Made by a program: the position numbers and the translations under genes. The notes under the pieces were generated by a model. That model made no database searches. It was not told the DNA's origin and worked only from the letters and a program-made list of their open reading frames with translations. From Rhizophagus irregularis (taxonomy: Eukaryota), in the NCBI RefSeq assembly GCF_026210795.1, contig NC_089431.1, positions 3,224,001-3,288,000 of the forward strand: DNA of 64,000 nucleotides, in the 5' to 3' direction. How positions within the stretch are numbered: position 1 is the stretch's first letter; each line of letters opens with the position of its first letter. This document shows, piece by piece, positions 63,066 to 64,000 of the stretch.

Positions 63066-63526
63066 AAAGTACAATCAAATTAATTTCTACTAATTTTACT
63101 AATAATAGAGTTGATTTAATTGGGATTAGATCTACATTTTTTTTATCATACAAAATTTGGGAAACACGTTTAGGATTTGATTCAAAGGTATTCGGTATTC
63201 CGGATCTTCTTAAAATGCATCAACGGATGGTCAAGTAATGGTTAATTAGATTAACAAAATTTAAATTTTAAAGTTTCGAGTATATATTATATAATCACTC
63301 ACAATCACTCACATATATCTGAAACTCGGTAAAAACTTTTTTGAAACTTTTTTATGTGTAAAAAAATATTTACGTAAAATCGCGTTAATCAAATACGTCG
63401 ATAATAATCATATTACATAATTTAAAAAAAAAAAATACCCATGTATTTATTTATTTTACATATTGTTACTTAAGAAATTATATTATTTTTATTACAAAAA
63501 AAAATCAAAATCATTCATAACCCTCC

Positions 63527-64000
63527 CTAATCACTATCGGATACTGCGGTATGATATTTTTCAACTAAAGTTAATCTTTTTTTACCACGTCGAAATTTTC
63601 TTTGATTAATAGATTTATAAGTATCAGTTCTACTAATACGAAATACTTCATATTCATCCACATTAAATCTAATATTATCATCAAAATTTGTTAAAGTAGT
63701 TGGTGAAGATGTAGTAACATTATTCGTAAGATTCCATTCATTTCCCCAAATATCATTTGAATTTGTTGAAGAAAATGATGCTCCTAAACCGAATGTAGTT
63801 GAACTCCATCTTTTTTCATCATTTGATGATGATTCCCCTGTTAAACTTTTTATAATAGTATCACAAATACCTTGTCTATAAGATTTTGAATTAGAAGAAC
63901 ATTGTTCATCTCTAGATAAATTTTCTACACACCATAAATCTCCATCTCCAAAACATGGTCCATAAGTAGCTGAATTCCAAATTGCTTTTTCAGGTTGTAA
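63527..64000 (-). CDS. TLDc-domain protein, C-terminal part (5' end outside the window)
   Basis: Open frame of 158 codons from the window end: AIWNSATYGPCFGDGDL..SYRQGI..FNVDEYEVFRI, with stop TAG at 63529-63527. Confidence 0.85.
   Translation of the reverse strand, partial: LQPEKAIWNSATYGPCFGDGDLWCVENLSRDEQCSSNSKSYRQGICDTIIKSLTGESSSNDEKRWSSTTFGLGASFSSTNSNDIWGNEWNLTNNVTTSSPTTLTNFDDNIRFNVDEYEVFRISRTDTYKSINQRKFRRGKKRLTLVEKYHTAVSDSD

Noticed and set aside
52500..63500. A RiPP biosynthetic cluster around the KEP gene
   Set aside because: No DUF3328/UstYa oxidase, tyrosinase, peptidase or transporter gene is recognisable nearby. The MFS and amidase genes are 16-40 kb away behind TE islands and nothing links them.

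Overview
Very AT-rich, intron-containing eukaryotic DNA. Short GT-AG introns, intronless F-box/LRR-like genes, a KCTD-type BTB gene, a TLDc gene and a heavy DNA-transposon load suggest a Glomeromycotina (arbuscular mycorrhizal) fungus such as Rhizophagus; this is inference, not a database result. 1-16 kb is gene-dense: VPS33, an Arb1-like Argonaute chaperone, a long R/D/E-rich WW protein, an orphan gene, a C2H2 pseudogene and an MFS transporter. 17-26 kb is a nested transposon island centred on a 4.74-kb MULE with ~660-bp TIRs and a perfect 9-bp TSD. 26.9-39.5 kb holds F-box/BTB/F-box genes, a GATA pseudogene and an amidase. 39.9-53.5 kb is a second TE island: a MITE inserted head-to-head into a copy of itself, a retropepsin relic, a micro-exon-like tandem array next to a CACT terminus, and a decayed 6.2-kb TTAA-flanked DDE element with two nested insertions. 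The distal, gene-sparse region encodes the most striking gene, a secreted Kex2-type repeat precursor (55551-56612) predicted to release 13 peptides including five identical 20-mers. It also encodes a second small secreted protein with X-Pro/X-Ala dipeptides and the 3' end of a TLDc gene. All assignments come from motif recognition and manual splice/TIR/TSD reconstruction; no searches were run.
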